A DNA stretch of 64,000 bases from Squalus acanthias (taxonomy: Eukaryota). Shown here one piece after another: positions 35,825 through 47,848 of the stretch. The position numbers and the translations under genes are program-made. The notes below the pieces were generated by a model. It searched no databases. It was given only the letters and a program-made list of their open reading frames with translations, and was not told where the DNA came from. How positions within the stretch are numbered: position 1 is the first letter of the stretch; the number at the start of each line of letters is the position of its first letter. The DNA is taken from NCBI GenBank assembly GCA_030390025.1, contig CM059432.1:102612001-102676000 (forward strand). The letters run 5' to 3'.

Positions 35825-37792
35825 TGGACCCCTCCCTCTGGCCTCTTACCCTCTCTTGATCTTTTCATTGCTAACTGCCGCCGTGACATCGGCCAGCTCA
35901 ATTTCTCTGCTCCCCTCACTCACTCCAACCTACCTCCCTCTGAACTTGCAGCACTCCATTCTCTCCGATCCAACCCTGACATTGTCATTAAACCTGCTGA
36001 CAAGGGTGGCGCTGTTGTTGTTTGGCGAACCGACCTCTACCTAGCGGAAGTTGAACGCCAACTCTCTGACACCTCCTCCTACCTCCACCTGGACCATGAC
36101 CCCACTACCGAACATCAAGCCACCGTGTCCAAGACTGTCACTGACCTCATCTCCTCTGGAGATCTTCCCCCCACGGCCGCCAACCTCATAGTTCCCCAAC
36201 CCCGCACAGCCCGCTTCTACCTCCTTCCCAAGATCCACAAACAGGACTGCCCCGGTAGACCCATCGTTTCAGCCTGTTCTTGCCCCACGGAACTTATCTC
36301 TTCCTATCTCGACTCTATTTTTTCTCCCCTTGTCCAGTCTCTTCCCACCTACATCCGCGACTCTTCCGATGCCCTCCGCCATTTTAACAGTTTCCAGTTT
36401 CCCGGCCCCAACCGTCTCCTCTTCACTATGGACGTACAATCCCTCTACACCTCCATTCCCCACCAGGATGGCCTGAGGGCGCTCCGCTTCTTCCTTGAAC
36501 AGAGGCCCAACCAGTCCCCATCCACCACCACCCTCCTCCGCCTGGCTGAATTTGTTCTCACATTGAACAACTTCTCCTTTGACTCTACCCATTTCCTCCA
36601 AATTAAAGGTGTTGCTATGGGTACCCGCATGGGTCCTAGCTATGCCTGCCTTTTCGTGGGATATGTGGAACACTCTTTGTTCCAGTCCTACTCGGGTCCC
36701 CTCCCTCACCTCTTTTTCCGGTACATTGATGACTGTATCGGTGCCGTCTCCTGCTCTCGCCCTGAACTAGAACATTTCATTCACTATGCTTCCAATTTCC
36801 ACCCTTCCCTCACCTTCACATGGTCCATCTCCGACTCTTCTCTTCCCTTCCTCGACTTCTCCATCTCCATCTCTGGGGATAGGTTATTGACTAACATTCA
36901 CTACAAGCCCACCGACTCCCACAGCTACCTGGACTACACTTCCTCCCACCCCGCCTCCTGTAAGGACTCTATTCCATTCTCCCAGTTTCTCCGTCTCCGC
37001 CGCATCTGCTCTGATGATGCCACCTTCCATACCAGTGCTTCCGACATGTCTTCCTTTTTCCTCAACCGAGGATTCCCCTCTACCGTGGTCGACACGGCCC
37101 TCGACCGTGTCCGTTCTATCTCCCGCACATCTGCCCTCACCCCTGCCCCTCCCTCCCGGAACCACGATAGGGTTCCCCTTGTCCTCACCTTTCACCCCAC
37201 CAGCCTCCACATTCAACGGATCATCCTCCGCCATTTCCGCCACCTCCAGCGTGATCCCACCACCAAACACATCTTCCTCTCACCTCCCCTTTCAGCATTC
37301 CGCAGGGACCGCTCCCTCCGCGACACCCTAGTCCACTCCTCTACCACCCCCAGCACCCCTTCCCCTTCGCCCGGCACCTTCCCGTGCACGCGCAGGAGAT
37401 GCAACACATGCCCTTATACCTCCCCTCTTCCCACTGTCCAGGGCCCCAAACACCCCTTCCAGGTGAAACAGCGATTTACTTGTACTTCCTGCAATTTAGT
37501 ATACTGTATTCGCTGCTCACGATGTGGACTCCTCTACATTGGGGAGACCAAACGCAGATTGGGTGACCGCTTTGCGGAACACCTCCGTTCAGTCCGTAAG
37601 GGGGACCCCGAGCTCCCGGTGGCCTGTCACTTTAATTCACCGCTTCACTCCCACTCTGACCTCACCGTCCTCGGCCTAATACACTGTTCCACGGAAGCTC
37701 AGCGTAAGCTCGAGGAACAGCACCTCATCTTTCGTTTAGGCACGCTACAGCCCTCTGGACTCAATATCGAGTTCAACAATTTTAGATCATAA
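35825..37792 (+). CDS. Penelope RT/GIY-YIG endonuclease ORF (no N-terminus; open for 655 codons)
   Basis: Frame open upstream of track start 36125; KPADKGG, LPKIHK, GRPIVS, DVQSLYT, GVAMG, RYIDD; Cys linker CTRRRCNTC; LVYCIRCSRCGLLYIGET nuclease. Confidence 0.93.
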   Translation, partial: WTPPSGLLPSLDLFIANCRRDIGQLNFSAPLTHSNLPPSELAALHSLRSNPDIVIKPADKGGAVVVWRTDLYLAEVERQLSDTSSYLHLDHDPTTEHQATVSKTVTDLISSGDLPPTAANLIVPQPRTARFYLLPKIHKQDCPGRPIVSACSCPTELISSYLDSIFSPLVQSLPTYIRDSSDALRHFNSFQFPGPNRLLFTMDVQSLYTSIPHQDGLRALRFFLEQRPNQSPSTTTLLRLAEFVLTLNNFSFDSTHFLQIKGVAMGTRMGPSYACLFVGYVEHSLFQSYSGPLPHLFFRYIDDCIGAVSCSRPELEHFIHYASNFHPSLTFTWSISDSSLPFLDFSISISGDRLLTNIHYKPTDSHSYLDYTSSHPASCKDSIPFSQFLRLRRICSDDATFHTSASDMSSFFLNRGFPSTVVDTALDRVRSISRTSALTPAPPSRNHDRVPLVLTFHPTSLHIQRIILRHFRHLQRDPTTKHIFLSPPLSAFRRDRSLRDTLVHSSTTPSTPSPSPGTFPCTRRRCNTCPYTSPLPTVQGPKHPFQVKQRFTCTSCNLVYCIRCSRCGLLYIGETKRRLGDRFAEHLRSVRKGDPELPVACHFNSPLHSHSDLTVLGLIHCSTEAQRKLEEQHLIFRLGTLQPSGLNIEFNNFRS

Positions 37793-38168
37793 CCTCAGCT
37801 CCAATCACATTTATATTTTATTTTATCCACCCTTTTATTTGTCCCCCCCACCTTTTTTTTCCTCCTAGAAGCTGGCAGCTGTCCTTCATTCTGCCAGTAG
37901 ATTTCACACTTCATTCAGCCTTAATCTGTCACATTAACACCACCTCTAGCCTTGCATATCTCTTAATGTCTCTTAATGTCTCTTCATCTCCTCCTTTGTT
38001 CCTTTATCCCCTCCCCCTTTTCCCAGCTTTACCCTGGCCTTAAATCTATTTGATTTCCAGCTCTTCCCAGTTCTGATGAAAGGTCATCGACCTGAAACGT
38101 CAACTCTCTTTCTCTCTCCACGGATGCTGCCTGGCCTGCTGAGTTTTTCCAGCGTTTTCTGTTGTTAT
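35826..38168 (+). mobile_element. Penelope-like element (Neptune-like), 5'-truncated, 14-bp TSD
   Basis: atagtctcttccct duplicated at 35812-35825 and 38169-38182; RT + GIY-YIG ORF; 3' terminus with hammerhead motif. Confidence 0.93.
38069..38105 (+). ncRNA. Minimal type I hammerhead ribozyme
   Basis: agtt-CTGATGA-a-aggtc(atc)gacct-GAAAC-GTC^-aact; stem I agtt/aact, stem II aggtc/gacct, palindromic ACGT stem III; predicted cleavage after C38101. Confidence 0.8.
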
Positions 38169-39519
38169 ATAGTCTCTTCCCTTGTTGGTTCCACAAGATA
38201 TTGTTGTAGGAAACTGTCTCAAATGCACTCCATGAACTCGTCCTCCAATTACTTTATTGCCAATTTGATTTGTCCAGTCTATATGAAGATTAATGTCCCC
38301 CACGATTATTGCATTACTTTTCAATTCTACCCCTATCTTGGGCCGCAAATTTAATAGTGCTCAGGGGGCAGGTTTGGAGGTGGGTCTGCTGTCAAAATAG
38401 CAAAGATTGACAGCGGGTAGAAAACCCACTGTCAACCCGCCTCCACGCGAGTCTCCCAGGTGTCGGGTCTGTCAGGGGAGAACTGACCTGACACCAAGCG
38501 GCGGGGGATACAATTCAGATTGTTAAATGGCTTGTTAAGAGCCAATTTAAGACTATTTAGAGACTTGCTTCTCATTTTACGTTCTCCCCCATGGGTTACC
38601 CGCTGTTCGGGGAACACAACAGCTCAACCTGGCGTGTCTTGAGTCTGCTCTGATGTTTGTGAAAAGCTGACAGCTGCAGAAGTGGTGTAAAGGATACCAT
38701 GTTGCACATGGTGAGTTTCAGAGTGCAGAAACTGTTGGTTACTGCATTTTTAATACATATAGGCCCAAAAATTCATCTTGCTGCGCGAGAGTACGCACTG
38801 CGTACACTCGCGTATTCCCTCTTCAATTGCCGGTTTTCTGCATGCACTACGCATGCGCTGAAAACCGGCACTTCATGTCTGGTCAGTTTCATGGATCTGC
38901 GAGTAATCGCGTGGGCTGGTGATTCTGCGCGTGCGTCGGAAAATTCATGTATTTTGTGAATGAGAGTAGTGTGTGTAAGCTCCGAGCAGTTACACATTTT
39001 AAAACCAGGAGTAGCAGCCATTTATACATTTGCCGAGATAAGTAGGAGGAAGAAATCCTTTTGGAGTGTGGCTACTGAGGTGAGGTTTTTAAATTTGAAA
39101 GACACAAAAGTTTTAAATGAAGTCTTATATAAGTTAAGAGTTTTAAAAAAAAATTTTTAAAAACGGGTTTTGACCATTTGGAGTAGTATAGCAACTGTGG
39201 GTGTGTACAAGGCATATTGAGGTATCTATCTGTGAAAATGAAAGTTTAAAAATGAACTGTTTACGTTTCAAAAAGTTTTAAAGATGAAAATGAGTAAGTA
39301 AGTAAGTATGTATGTATGAATTTATGAAAATGTTACAGGTTTGGAAAATCAGCTAGGGCCGTGTGGCGGGTAGATGTGTTCCCAAGCTGATAGCGCACGT
39401 ATCCCACCATAGCCTGACCTGATTTTATAGCCACTCACTTAACTAAAGTTACTTTAACAACTATTTCCATTTTTTCATTACAACTTTCAGTTTGAGGAGG
39501 AAGCCTGTGTGAGAGAAAG

Positions 39520-40671
39520 ATGCCCTTTTGCAATCGATTGTTCTTCCTCCTCTGTGTGATTACGTATCTGAGAATTTTCGAATACAGACAACGAATCAGA
39601 CGGAGGAACCAAGCCCGTCTCCTCCAGAGAAGGAGAAACTACTACCCACCAAATAGAGTGTACAGGCAGAGGCTGTCATTTGAGATGCTGTCGGAGGAGC
39701 TGTGTGTGAGGAGGCTGCGCTTCAGTAAAGAGTCAATTGGCCGAATCTGTGAGATGTTACAGGAGGACCTTCAAACACGCACGAAGAACCGCAATGCATT
39801 GTCACTGAGCATGAAGGTAACCACAGCACTGAACTTCTTTGCAAATGGGACTTTTCAGGCAAGCACCGGTGACATTTGCAACATATCCAAGAATGCTGCG
39901 AGGGCCTGCATTCACCAGGTCACAGAAGCCATTTACCGTAGGGCTTCTGAGTTCATTAAGTATGACTTGTCTGCTCGCCATCAAAAGGAGATGGCGCTTG
40001 CATTTCATAACATTGCTGGATTCCCCAAAGTGATTGGGGCTGTCGATGGAACCCATGTAGCATTGAAGGCACCAGGGGTTGCACCTGTGACATTTATCAA
40101 CAGGAAGGGGTTTCATTCACTGAATGTCCAGATTGTCTGTGATGCGCATCTCAGGATCTTAAATGTGAATGCAGGTAACCGTGGAAGTAATCATGACTCC
40201 TTCGTCCTCCGTAACTCTGACTTATATGGCGCCCTCAACGCATTGCCTCCAGGATCCGCATGGATATTGGGCGACAAGGGCTACCCGCTAAGACCATGGC
40301 TGATGACTCCCTACCGCAAGACCAATAATGAGGCTCAGGAGAGATACAACCAGGCACACGTGTCCACACGGCAAGTGGTGGAGAGGACAATTGGAGTTCT
40401 GAAATCACGCTTCCGGTGCCTGGACAGGTCAGGGGGGACCTTGCAGTATTCTCCTCAGAAAGTGGCAAAGATTGTGGTGGCCTGTTGTGCTTTGCATAAC
40501 TTTGCCCTGCAGGAAGGACTGACCCTTAACGCTGCAGATGAACTACCTGCAGAAATGGAGGACGTGGACAATGCCAATGTGCCTGTGGGAAGGCATGATG
40601 GGGAAGAGCCAACTGCTGCTCAAAGTAAGGCTGCTCGGGAGCAGCTGGTAGCCAACACCTTCACGAGGTAG
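39520..40671 (+). CDS. Harbinger DDE transposase (HARBI1-like family), 383 aa
   Basis: Uninterrupted ORF; GAVDGTHV, NRKGFHSLNVQ, HDS, GDKGY, VERTIG and LHNF motifs; AATAAA at 40820. Confidence 0.95.
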   Translation: MPFCNRLFFLLCVITYLRIFEYRQRIRRRNQARLLQRRRNYYPPNRVYRQRLSFEMLSEELCVRRLRFSKESIGRICEMLQEDLQTRTKNRNALSLSMKVTTALNFFANGTFQASTGDICNISKNAARACIHQVTEAIYRRASEFIKYDLSARHQKEMALAFHNIAGFPKVIGAVDGTHVALKAPGVAPVTFINRKGFHSLNVQIVCDAHLRILNVNAGNRGSNHDSFVLRNSDLYGALNALPPGSAWILGDKGYPLRPWLMTPYRKTNNEAQERYNQAHVSTRQVVERTIGVLKSRFRCLDRSGGTLQYSPQKVAKIVVACCALHNFALQEGLTLNAADELPAEMEDVDNANVPVGRHDGEEPTAAQSKAAREQLVANTFTR

Positions 40672-40684
40672 TGTCGCCTTGTAC

Positions 40685-40808
40685 CTCCCGCTCCCCCTCC
40701 CCTCTCCCCCTCCCCTCTCCCCCTCCCCCTCCCCTCTCCCCCTCCCCTCTCCCCCTCCCCTCTCCCCCTCCCTCTCCCCATCCCTCTCCCTCTCCCCCTC
40801 CCTCTCCA
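40685..40808. repeat. Polypyrimidine (C/T) microsatellite in the transposase 3'UTR
   Basis: Runs of ctcccc/ctctcc. Confidence 0.9.
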
Positions 40809-41312
40809 CCAGCAAGGCAAATAAAGGTACAGACACAATTTAAAGTGAAACAGTGCTCTTTTATTGCAGCATTACAGACTTCTGAGGTTCATTGTTGCTT
40901 TACATAGTTTATAACTTTTCAATGTTAACTAGCTACTTTTCAACTTTGTAAACAATCGTAAACAGAAATAGGTTTTTCAAAAATTTGTTAACAGTTCTCA
41001 GTAACTTTTTTGCTTCGTTAATGCAGTAAAGACATTCAAGATGGGAAATAACTCTTTCCTATATGTAAACAAGTTTAAATGTTCAATTTTTTTGTGAAAA
41101 TAAACAATTTGAATTTTTATAAAGTGACTAAAGGCTGTACTTTTTCAATGAAAAGCTAACTTTCAGTTTCAGTGTCAAATATATATATAAATAAAGAAAA
41201 ATGTAAACATGTAAGTTTTAAATAAAACTAAAAAGTAAACACTTGAGAAATTTAACCACAAATAAACTATTCCTGAGGGTCAATGGATGTGCATTGTGGA
41301 ACATGCAACACC

Positions 41313-42803
41313 CTAACGTCTCTTGCGCTTTCTTGATTGCATCATCGTTGGTGGCTCTTGGACCTGCACTGATTCTGCGCTGGGAGCAGGTAAGGTTGGT
41401 TCTGATGGAGTCACAGTAATTGCAGCAGAAATTATTCGCATGAGTCCTTCAAGAGACTCATTTATTTTACTAAGCTGCACTCCCACCAGTCCTTCAAGAG
41501 ACTCATTTAATTTACTAAGCTGCACTCCCACATCGGGTTTCTGCAACATTCCTTCAAGAGACTCATTTATTTTACTAAGCTGCACTCCCACATCGGGTTT
41601 CTGCAACATTCCTTCAAGAGACTCATTTATATTCTTAAGCTCCATTCCCAGATTTCCCAATCCCTGCTTGACCAAGGTAAGACAATCAACTTCTTTCTCT
41701 GAAATAGAAGAGATCGATTGAGTCAAGCCTACAAGTTGGTGGATGTCACCATGCATCACCTGTTCTGCTGCATATATATCTGTGTCTCCCACAGGCACTG
41801 TAGTATCAAGCTGCTGTCTGTTTGGCACAGAGCCAGAGGGGCCAGGAGTTGGAGAGGAAGATTGAGAGGACCTCTCCTGCAACCCAGATTCCAGAGCCTC
41901 CATGTTTAATTCAGCAAAAACTTCCTCCTGCTGCTCCTCCACCAACACCTCACTCGCATCTCCCACTGGCTCAACATGCCCTTCACTAATGACCTCTTCG
42001 GCTGCAGACTCAACGAACTGCTCATCCCGTGACTGAGAAGTATGCTCAAAACCTATGTAAAGGAAACAGTAAAGATTAGCAAAGGTAAAGCATGATGTGC
42101 CACATCACAGAAGCTATTCAGCACACATCACCTTTGTCGAATCGATCATTTCCAAAGGGACATCCGCTAAGATATCCAAAGATATGCTCGAGCCTTTCCT
42201 CTTGTTCGGTTAAAGCCCTTAACATGACAACACCACCGCCTGTCAGTGAACGTTCTCTGGCGTTGTGAGCAGTTTTACTCTAAAATTGAAAATGAAAATC
42301 TGAAATGTAAGGGTTTTTACACCAGAACTGCATTGGCACTCACACAGTTAACTCAGTAAGCAACTCAAAGCATTTCAATCAAGATGACATTAGCATTTTA
42401 TGAGACTTGCCTGGCTACAAAAGCCACAAAAATTTATGGTAGCATCTTGTGACTTCAGTTAACTCAGCTTAGCAAACAAACACTTTTTCAAGGCTTTTCA
42501 TTTTAAATGTAAAGACATTTTAACATTGACTTTTGTTATAACTATACAAACCTTCAGCGTTCGATATAAATCGCTGAATTTTTTGCGACATTGCTCGGCT
42601 GTACGTGGAATGGTCGAGGTTGCGCTCACACTTTGAGCAACCTCTTTCCACGCTGCCATTTGGCCTTTTCGCGGCGGCTTGGACTTCTGAGTTCCAATTA
42701 TCCGTGAACGTTTCGATTCTACCTCGTCAAGAAGTGTACGGAGATCATCATCACTGAAATTCTGTGTTCTTTTTATAAATTGGATAGTGCTGATAGCTGC
42801 CAT
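41313..42803 (-). CDS. Harbinger Myb/SANT-like DNA-binding protein, 3 exons (42803-42552, 42279-42132, 42052-41313), 379 aa
   Basis: Exon 1 KRTQNFSDDD…WKEVA…RTAEQCRKKFSDL; exon 2 has the TGGG motif; GT-AG introns of 272 and 79 nt join all exons in frame; C-terminal SRKRKRR NLS-like motif. Confidence 0.88.
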
Positions 42804-44355
42804 TTTCGTTTGCTGATTATAAACAGTTAAATCTCTGAAAAAAATGATTTCTGAACTTTTAAAAGTACTTAAATTACTTTAAATCTCTTTGCAAATGTTT
42901 AACATTACTCAAATTATACTAAAAATCTTTAAAAGTTTACAAAACCATGCATTTAAAACCTACTTACTGCAAATTCCACCTGAAACAGTGAGAAAACTGT
43001 GTCTCCAGCTGCTTTACAATGGCTGCAGTGGAGAAAAAAATCGGGGGCGTGGCCTATGGAAAAGAGACCTTAATGGGCGTGTCTTCACTCCACATCGCAC
43101 GCGATGCAACGCGCACGCTGCGCTGCAGGGCAGTGTGACGTCATACGCTGCCCTGCACTCAATCAGCCAGAAGATGAATTTGCAACGTGAAAAAGAGGAA
43201 ACGGCAGACGCGGTATGTATTACCGCGCCTGCTTCTTACACCCGCGGGAACGGAGCCAGATGAATTTCTGGCCCATAGAGATTTCTTTAGCTTACAAGTT
43301 TTTAGATCCAACTGTATGTCCAGTGCCACCTCATTGGGAGAACCTCTCTCACCAGTGACAGATCGCTTCTGTCATCTCACCTGCAGCTGCCATCTATTGC
43401 AGCAACATCGGAGCCATTGAAACAATCAGACCTTGGTCCTCCAAATCCTTCCACAATCAGCCCCAACACCAACATCACCAGGCACACCAATATCACCAAC
43501 AACATCACCAACCTTCTCCACCATCACCTGATGCTGCACTGGACACAGGGCATCAGCCCCTGACAACATTGCTGCCCGGGAGGCCAGCGATGGCATCACC
43601 GTGGCCAGATTTTCTTCACTTGACACTGTAAACCCTGGCTGCCACATGATGCGCCAGGTTGACAAACAAAACCAGCACCGTGAAGCATCCCTTTAATGTC
43701 CAAGCCATTCCATGCACACACATCAATATAGCGGGGGAGGGGGGGGGTGGAATTTATGTCTGAACAATCACTGGAACTCAGTAAGACACTTCTCAAGGTG
43801 CACTCAGATCTGTCCAATAAGGGGCACTTTTGGAAAAATAGATTTCACTGTATGACAACACATTACCAGAAACTTCACATGGACATTGGCTAAACCTCTC
43901 AAGTGCCTACCCTTGTGTGTTGGTAGTTGGTATGCTTGCAGTAGGATGAGGGTGAGTATGAGGGGTGGCTAGTGAGATGGGGAAGTGATAAAGTAGATAA
44001 AGAGGGTTGGGTGGAGTTGCAAGGTAAGTTGGTGTAAGGATGTGCAGGAGTAGGGTATGGAAGGCAGAGTGATGGGGATGTGTTGAGTGGCACAGCAGGG
44101 TGAGTTTGAGTGTGGCTTTGCAATAATGTTTCGTGATCCACTGAGATCATTGAGAGGTTGGCGCCACTGCAGTCAGGGACCCCTGATGACATCCATGCTT
44201 TTGTCTTCCTGTGCAATGTGCAACCAGGCTGCGTTGGTGTCATGGGGAGGTCTCTTCCCCCCTTGGAAGGGAAGTGAACCTCCCTGCGTGCTGTGCCTCC
44301 CTCCATAAGCATATAGAGGGAGTCATTGAAGAGCCTGGGTTCAAGCGTCCAACTT

Positions 44356-46120
44356 GACCTCCCTATTTTTCTTGCCAAAATGTAATACCTCACATTTATC
44401 TGTGTTGAAATTCATTTGTCAATTATATGCCCATTCTGCAAGTTTATTAAAGTCTTCCTGCAATTTGTTGCAGTCCTCCTCAGTATTGACCAATATTAAT
44501 TTTGTCTCATCTGCAAATTTAGAAATTGTGTTTTTGATTCCAAAGTATAAACCGTTAATATAAATAGTGAACAACAGTGGTCCCAGCAATTTTCCTTGTG
44601 GAACACCACTTCCTACCTTCTGCCACTCTGAACAGTTAGTCTTTACCCCTACTCTCTGCTTTCTACTCCACATTCTCTGACCTTGTTCATCAGTCTATTA
44701 TGTGGTACCTTATCAAAGGCCTTTTGGCAATCTGGATAAATTACATCTACTACATTACCCTTGTCTACTCTCTCTGCTACCTCTTCAAAAAATTCAATGA
44801 GGTTGGTCAAACAAGACTTTCCCTTTTGAATTCCAAGCTGACTATTCATTATTAGATGTTTTGTTTCTGGATGTTCTTCTATTGTTTCCTTTAGTAGGGA
44901 TTTCATTATTTTTCCTACCACTGATGTTAAGCTGACTGGTCTATAATTCCCTGGACATTTTCTATCTCCCTTCTTAAATATAGGTATTACATTAGCTATC
45001 CGCCAGTCCTCTGGCATCATACCTTTTTCTAACAAATTATTAAATATGTGTAGTAATGCCTCTGCTAACTCTTCGCTAGATTCTTTTAAAATGTGCGGAT
45101 GTAATCTGTCTGGACCAGGGGTTTTATCCTCTTTAAGTTTGATCAGTTTATTTAATATTTCTCCTCTTTTTATTTAAAATGCATTTAAATCTCATTTCTA
45201 ATCTCATCATCTGATGTCATGCCCACCTGATCTGTTTCCCTGGTAAATACTGAAGCAAAGTAAGTATTTAATATTTCTGCCATTTCACTATCGCTGCCTG
45301 TGATTTTATCCTGTCCATCCCTCAGTCCCATCCCGACTTTCCTTTATTATTTATGTGCCTGTGGAATATTTTACTATTTTGTTTTATGTTCCTTGATAAT
45401 TTAATTTCATAGTTCCTCTTTGTCTTCCTAATTGTTTTTTTGACTTCACTCCTAATCTCTTCATATTCTCCCTTGTCGTTCTCTCCCCTTCTGTCCATGT
45501 ACATAGTGTATGCCCCTTTCCTTACCCACAATTTTTCCCTCATGTCTTTATTCATCCATGGTGTCGCATTAGTGTTTAGCTTGTTCTTGTTTTTTAACGG
45601 AATATATTTTTCCTGGACTCTGTTGAACACCGTTTTAAATGTTTCCCATTGCTGTTCTGCATCATTGTTTGCCAATATTGTTGTCCATTTTATTTTCCCA
45701 AGTTCTATTCTCAGCCCCTCAAAATCGGCTTTTCCCAATCTATTACCCTGGTCTTCGTCATACTTATGTCCTTCTCAATTATTCTCTTAAAGCGTATTAT
45801 ATTATGGTCACTATTGCCTAGATGTACCCCTACTTTTACTTCTTTTATCTACTCTGGTTCATTCCAATTATAAGATCCAGTAGCAAATCCTCCCTTGTCG
45901 GGCTTCTTACATATTGGGTTAGAAAGGAGTCCTGTACACATTGTAGGAACTCCATTCATTTATCCCCTTTACCTACCTCTTCTGGCCAATTAATTTCGGG
46001 ACAAATGAAATCCCCCATGATTATTATTCTATGCTTTTTACTCATTTCCCTAATTTGTTTGCATATTTCTTCCTCCACCTCCCTTGCACTGTTAGGTGAT
46101 GTGTCAACTACCCCTATTAG
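44356..46120 (-). mobile_element. Decayed CR1 ORF2 fragment
   Basis: ORFs 45322-45738, 44649-45035 and 44419-44673 carry APE/RT motifs. Confidence 0.85.
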
Positions 46121-46129
46121 TGTGATTGA

Positions 46130-47848
46130 TTAATGGGACTAAATTAATGGGACTAAAAGCTAACAAATCCCCTGGACCTGATGGCCTACATCCTAGGGTT
46201 CCAAAAGAGACAGCTGCAAAGATCGTGGATGCATTGGTTGTGATCTTCCAGAATTCTGTAGATTCTGGCATGGTCCCAGTGGATTGGAAGGTAGCAAATG
46301 TAACACTGCTATTCATGAAAGAAGGGAGAGAGAAAACAGGGAACTATGGACCAGTTAGCCTGACATCAGTAGTAGGGCAAATGCTAGAATCTATTATTAA
46401 GGACATGGCAACAGGGCACTTAGAAAATCATAATATGATTGGGCAGAGCCGACATGGATTTACAAAAGGGAAATCGTGTTTGACAAATCAGTTAGAGTGT
46501 TTTAAGGTTGGAACTAGCAGGGTAGGTAAGAGGGAACCAGTGGATGTAGTGTATTTGAATTTTCAGAAAGCATTCGATAATGTGCCACACAAAAAGTTAT
46601 TACACAAAATTAGGGCTCATGCGATTGGGGATAATATGTTAGCATGGATTGAGGATTGGTTAACAGACAGAAAAGAGAGAGTAGGAATAAACGGGTCATT
46701 TTCAGGTTGGCAGACTGTTACTAGTGGGATACCACAAGGATCAGTGCTGGGGCCTCAGCTATTCACAATCTATATTAATGACTTAGATGAAGTGACTGAC
46801 TGTAATGTACCCAAGTTTGCTGACGATACAACGCTAGGTGAGAAAGTAAGTTGTGAGGAGGACACAAAGAGCCTGCAAAGGGATATACATAGGTTAAGTG
46901 AGTGGGTAAGAAAAAAAAAAGACTTGCATTTATATAGCGCCTTTCATGACTACCGGACGTCTCAAAGCGCTTTACAGCCAATGAAGTACTTTTAAAGTGT
47001 AGTCACTATTGTAATGTAGGAAAGAAGGTGGCAGATGGAGTATAACATGGGGAAATGTGAGGTTATTTACTTTGGTAGGAAGAATAGAAAGACAGAATAT
47101 TTTTTAAATGGTGAGAAATTATTAAATGGTGTTCAGAGGGAGTTGGGTGTCCTTCTACACGAAACACAGAAAGTTAACATACAGGTATAGCCAGCAATTA
47201 GGAAGGTAAATGGTATATTGGCCTTTATTGCAAGGGGGTTGGTGTACAAAAGTAAGGAAGTCTTGCTGCAATTGTACAGGGCTTTGGTGAGACCACACCT
47301 GGAGTATTGTGCACAGTTTTGATCTCCGTACCTAAGGAAGAATATACTTGCCTTCGAGCGGGTGCAATGAAGGTTCACTAGATTGATCCCTGGGAAACGA
47401 GGGTTGTCCTATGAGAAGAGATTGAGTAGACTGGGCCTATACTCTCTGGAATTTAGAAGAATGAGAGGTGATCCCATTGAAACATATAAGGTTCTGAGAG
47501 GGCTCGACAGGGTAGATGCTGAGAGGCTGTTTCCCCTGGCTTGAGAGTCTAGAACTAGGGGGCATAGTCTCAGGATAAGGGGTCGGCCATTTAGGACTCA
47601 GATGAGGGTTCACTCAGAGGGTTGTAAATCTTTGGAATTCTCTACCCCAGAGGCTTATGGATGCTGAGTCGTTGAGTATATTCAAGGCTGAGATAGATAG
47701 ATTTTTGGACTCTAAGGGAATCAAGGGATATGGGGATCGGGCGGGAAAGTGGAGTTTAGGTCGAAGATCAGCCATGATCTTATTGAATGGTGCAGTAGGC
47801 TTGAGGGGCCGTAAAGCCTACTCCTGCTCCTAATTTTTATGTTTTTAT
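46130..47848 (+). mobile_element. 5'-truncated CR1 with a DeuSINE tail inserted at ~46910-47021 (minus)
   Basis: ORF 46126-46995 has RT motifs; CR1 resumes at ~47023; tail ttttatgtttttatg. Confidence 0.9.

Larger units (their letters stand above)
35086..38320 (-). mobile_element. Decayed CR1 ORF2 fragment (35086-35825 and 38169-38320) split by a Penelope element
   Basis: Colinear with 4460-5370; resumes after the TSD. Confidence 0.8.
38762..43274. mobile_element. Intact autonomous PIF/Harbinger DNA transposon, 4513 bp
   Basis: TIRs ggcccaaaaattcatcttgctgc / ggagccagatgaatttctggccc (4 mismatches in 23); 3-bp TSD ATA at 38759-38761 and 43275-43277; two convergent genes. Confidence 0.95.
38340..44354. 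mobile_element. Non-autonomous Harbinger derivative (host copy A), right end truncated
   Basis: TIR gggccgcaaattt; colinear with 54619-60215 and inverted relative to 48921-50658; Myb/SANT remnant ~44130-44350 (minus). Confidence 0.8.

Noticed and set aside
39520..42803. Domesticated host genes HARBI1/NAIF1
   Set aside because: Both genes lie within TIRs and a TSD, nested in another repeat, so this is a transposon copy and not the conserved host loci
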